64,000 nucleotides of DNA from Heterodontus francisci (lineage: Eukaryota). A model generated the notes under the pieces. The model was not told the DNA's origin. It saw only the letters and a program-made list of their open reading frames with translations, and searched no databases. Position numbers and translations under genes: made by a program. The stretch spans positions 90,330,574-90,394,573 of the forward strand of contig NC_090382.1 of the NCBI RefSeq assembly GCF_036365525.1. The letters run 5' to 3'. Shown piece by piece: positions 63,048-64,000 of the stretch (positions are counted from its first letter, which is position 1; every line of letters begins with the position of its first letter).

Positions 63048-63935
63048 GTCAAAGACTTGCGGGTTAATAGGTAAATTGGCCATTGTAGAAAATTGCCCCT
63101 ATTGTAGATAGGTGGTAGGAGAATTGAGGGAAGATGGGGATGTGAGAGGGAAAAATGGGATTAACATAGGATTAGTATAAATGGGTGGTTGATGGTTGAA
63201 CGCAAAAGTCCGAGTGTATCAGGCCTGTGTCTTCAGTACCTTGCTCTATGGCAGCGAGGCCTGGACAACGTATGTCAGCCAAGAGCGACGTCTCAATTCA
63301 TTCCATCTTCGCTGCCTCCGGAGAATACTTGGCATCAGGTGGCAGGACCGTATCTCCAACACAGAAGTCCTCAAGGCGGCCAACATCCCCAGCTTATACA
63401 CACTACTGAGTCAGCGGCGCTTGAGATGGCTTGGCCATGTGAGCCGCATGGAAGATGGCAGGATCCCCAAAGACACATTGTACAGCGAGCTCGCCACTGG
63501 TATCAGACCCACCGGCCGTCCATGTTTCCGCTTTAAAGACGTCTGCAAACACGACATGAAATCCTGTGACATTGATCACAAGTCGTGGGAGTCAGTTGCC
63601 AGCGTTGTTCGCCAGAGCTGGCGGGCAGCCATAAAGACGGGGCTAAAATGTGGCGAGTCGAAGAGACTTAGTAGTTGGCAGGAAAGAAGACAGAGGCGCA
63701 AGGGGAGAGCCAACTTTGTAACAGCCCCGACAAACAAATTTCTCTGCAACACCTGTGGAAGAGCCTGTCACTCTAGAATTGGCCTTTATAGCCACTCCAG
63801 GCGCTGCTTCACAAACCACTGACCACCTCCAGGCGCTTATCCATTGTCTCTCGAGATAAGGAGGCCAAAAGAAGAAGATGATGATTGGCACGGACTCGGT
63901 GGGCCGAAGGGCCTGTTTCGGTCTGACTCTATAAC
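63048..63935 (+). mobile_element. 5'-truncated HE1-like SINE split by an RTE
   Basis: caaagacttgcgggttaataggtaaattggccatt...gggtggttgatggttg resumes as gcacggactcggtgggccgaagggcctg, collinear with 51180-51370. Confidence 0.85.
63199..63878 (+). mobile_element. RTE-clade LINE, 5'-truncated, reading frame intact to stop
   Basis: 208-aa ORF ending CNTCGRACHSRIGLYSHSRRC; (GAA)n tail; probable TSD TGATGGTTG / TGATGATTG. Confidence 0.93.
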
Positions 63936-64000
63936 TGTATTATGCAACAATCAGGAAATGAATTGCCAATAATGCAGCACTATGGAAGCATGGGAGTAAT

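Noticed and set aside
1-64000. Prokaryotic systems (CRISPR, retron, defence operons)
   Set aside because: Spliceosomal introns and vertebrate TEs throughout; all RTs are LINE-type; no repeat-spacer array seen

Overview
Vertebrate genomic DNA, most likely a shark/elasmobranch (inferred from an HE1-type V-SINE, HER1/CR1 LINEs and Penelope repeats). The only host gene I can support is the 3' half of an Hsp110-family gene, best matching HSPA4 (Apg-2), on the + strand: seven coding exons between 964 and 34057, all with GT-AG phase-0 introns, ending ...KPKPKVEPPKEE...LPEMDIE*, then a ~1 kb 3' UTR. Most of the remainder is transposable elements, often nested: several CR1 LINEs (two with uninterrupted ~500-aa RT ORFs), a second Jockey/CR1-group LINE family, L2 and RTE fragments, Penelope-like elements whose terminal repeats carry minimal hammerhead-ribozyme motifs, two PIF/Harbinger MITEs, a solo LTR, a two-LTR Gmr1-like (PR-IN order) element lacking RT, and an unclassified 533-bp GC-rich insertion with a 9-bp target duplication. 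A repeat-poor AT-rich block at ~60.6-63.0 kb looks like the 3' UTR of a convergent gene. I found no clearly new biological system; the best leads are the intronic hammerhead motifs, the unclassified insertion, and inverted LINEs bracketing phase-0 exons. Exon, LTR, MITE and TSD coordinates were counted by hand; LINE boundaries are approximate. No searches were run.
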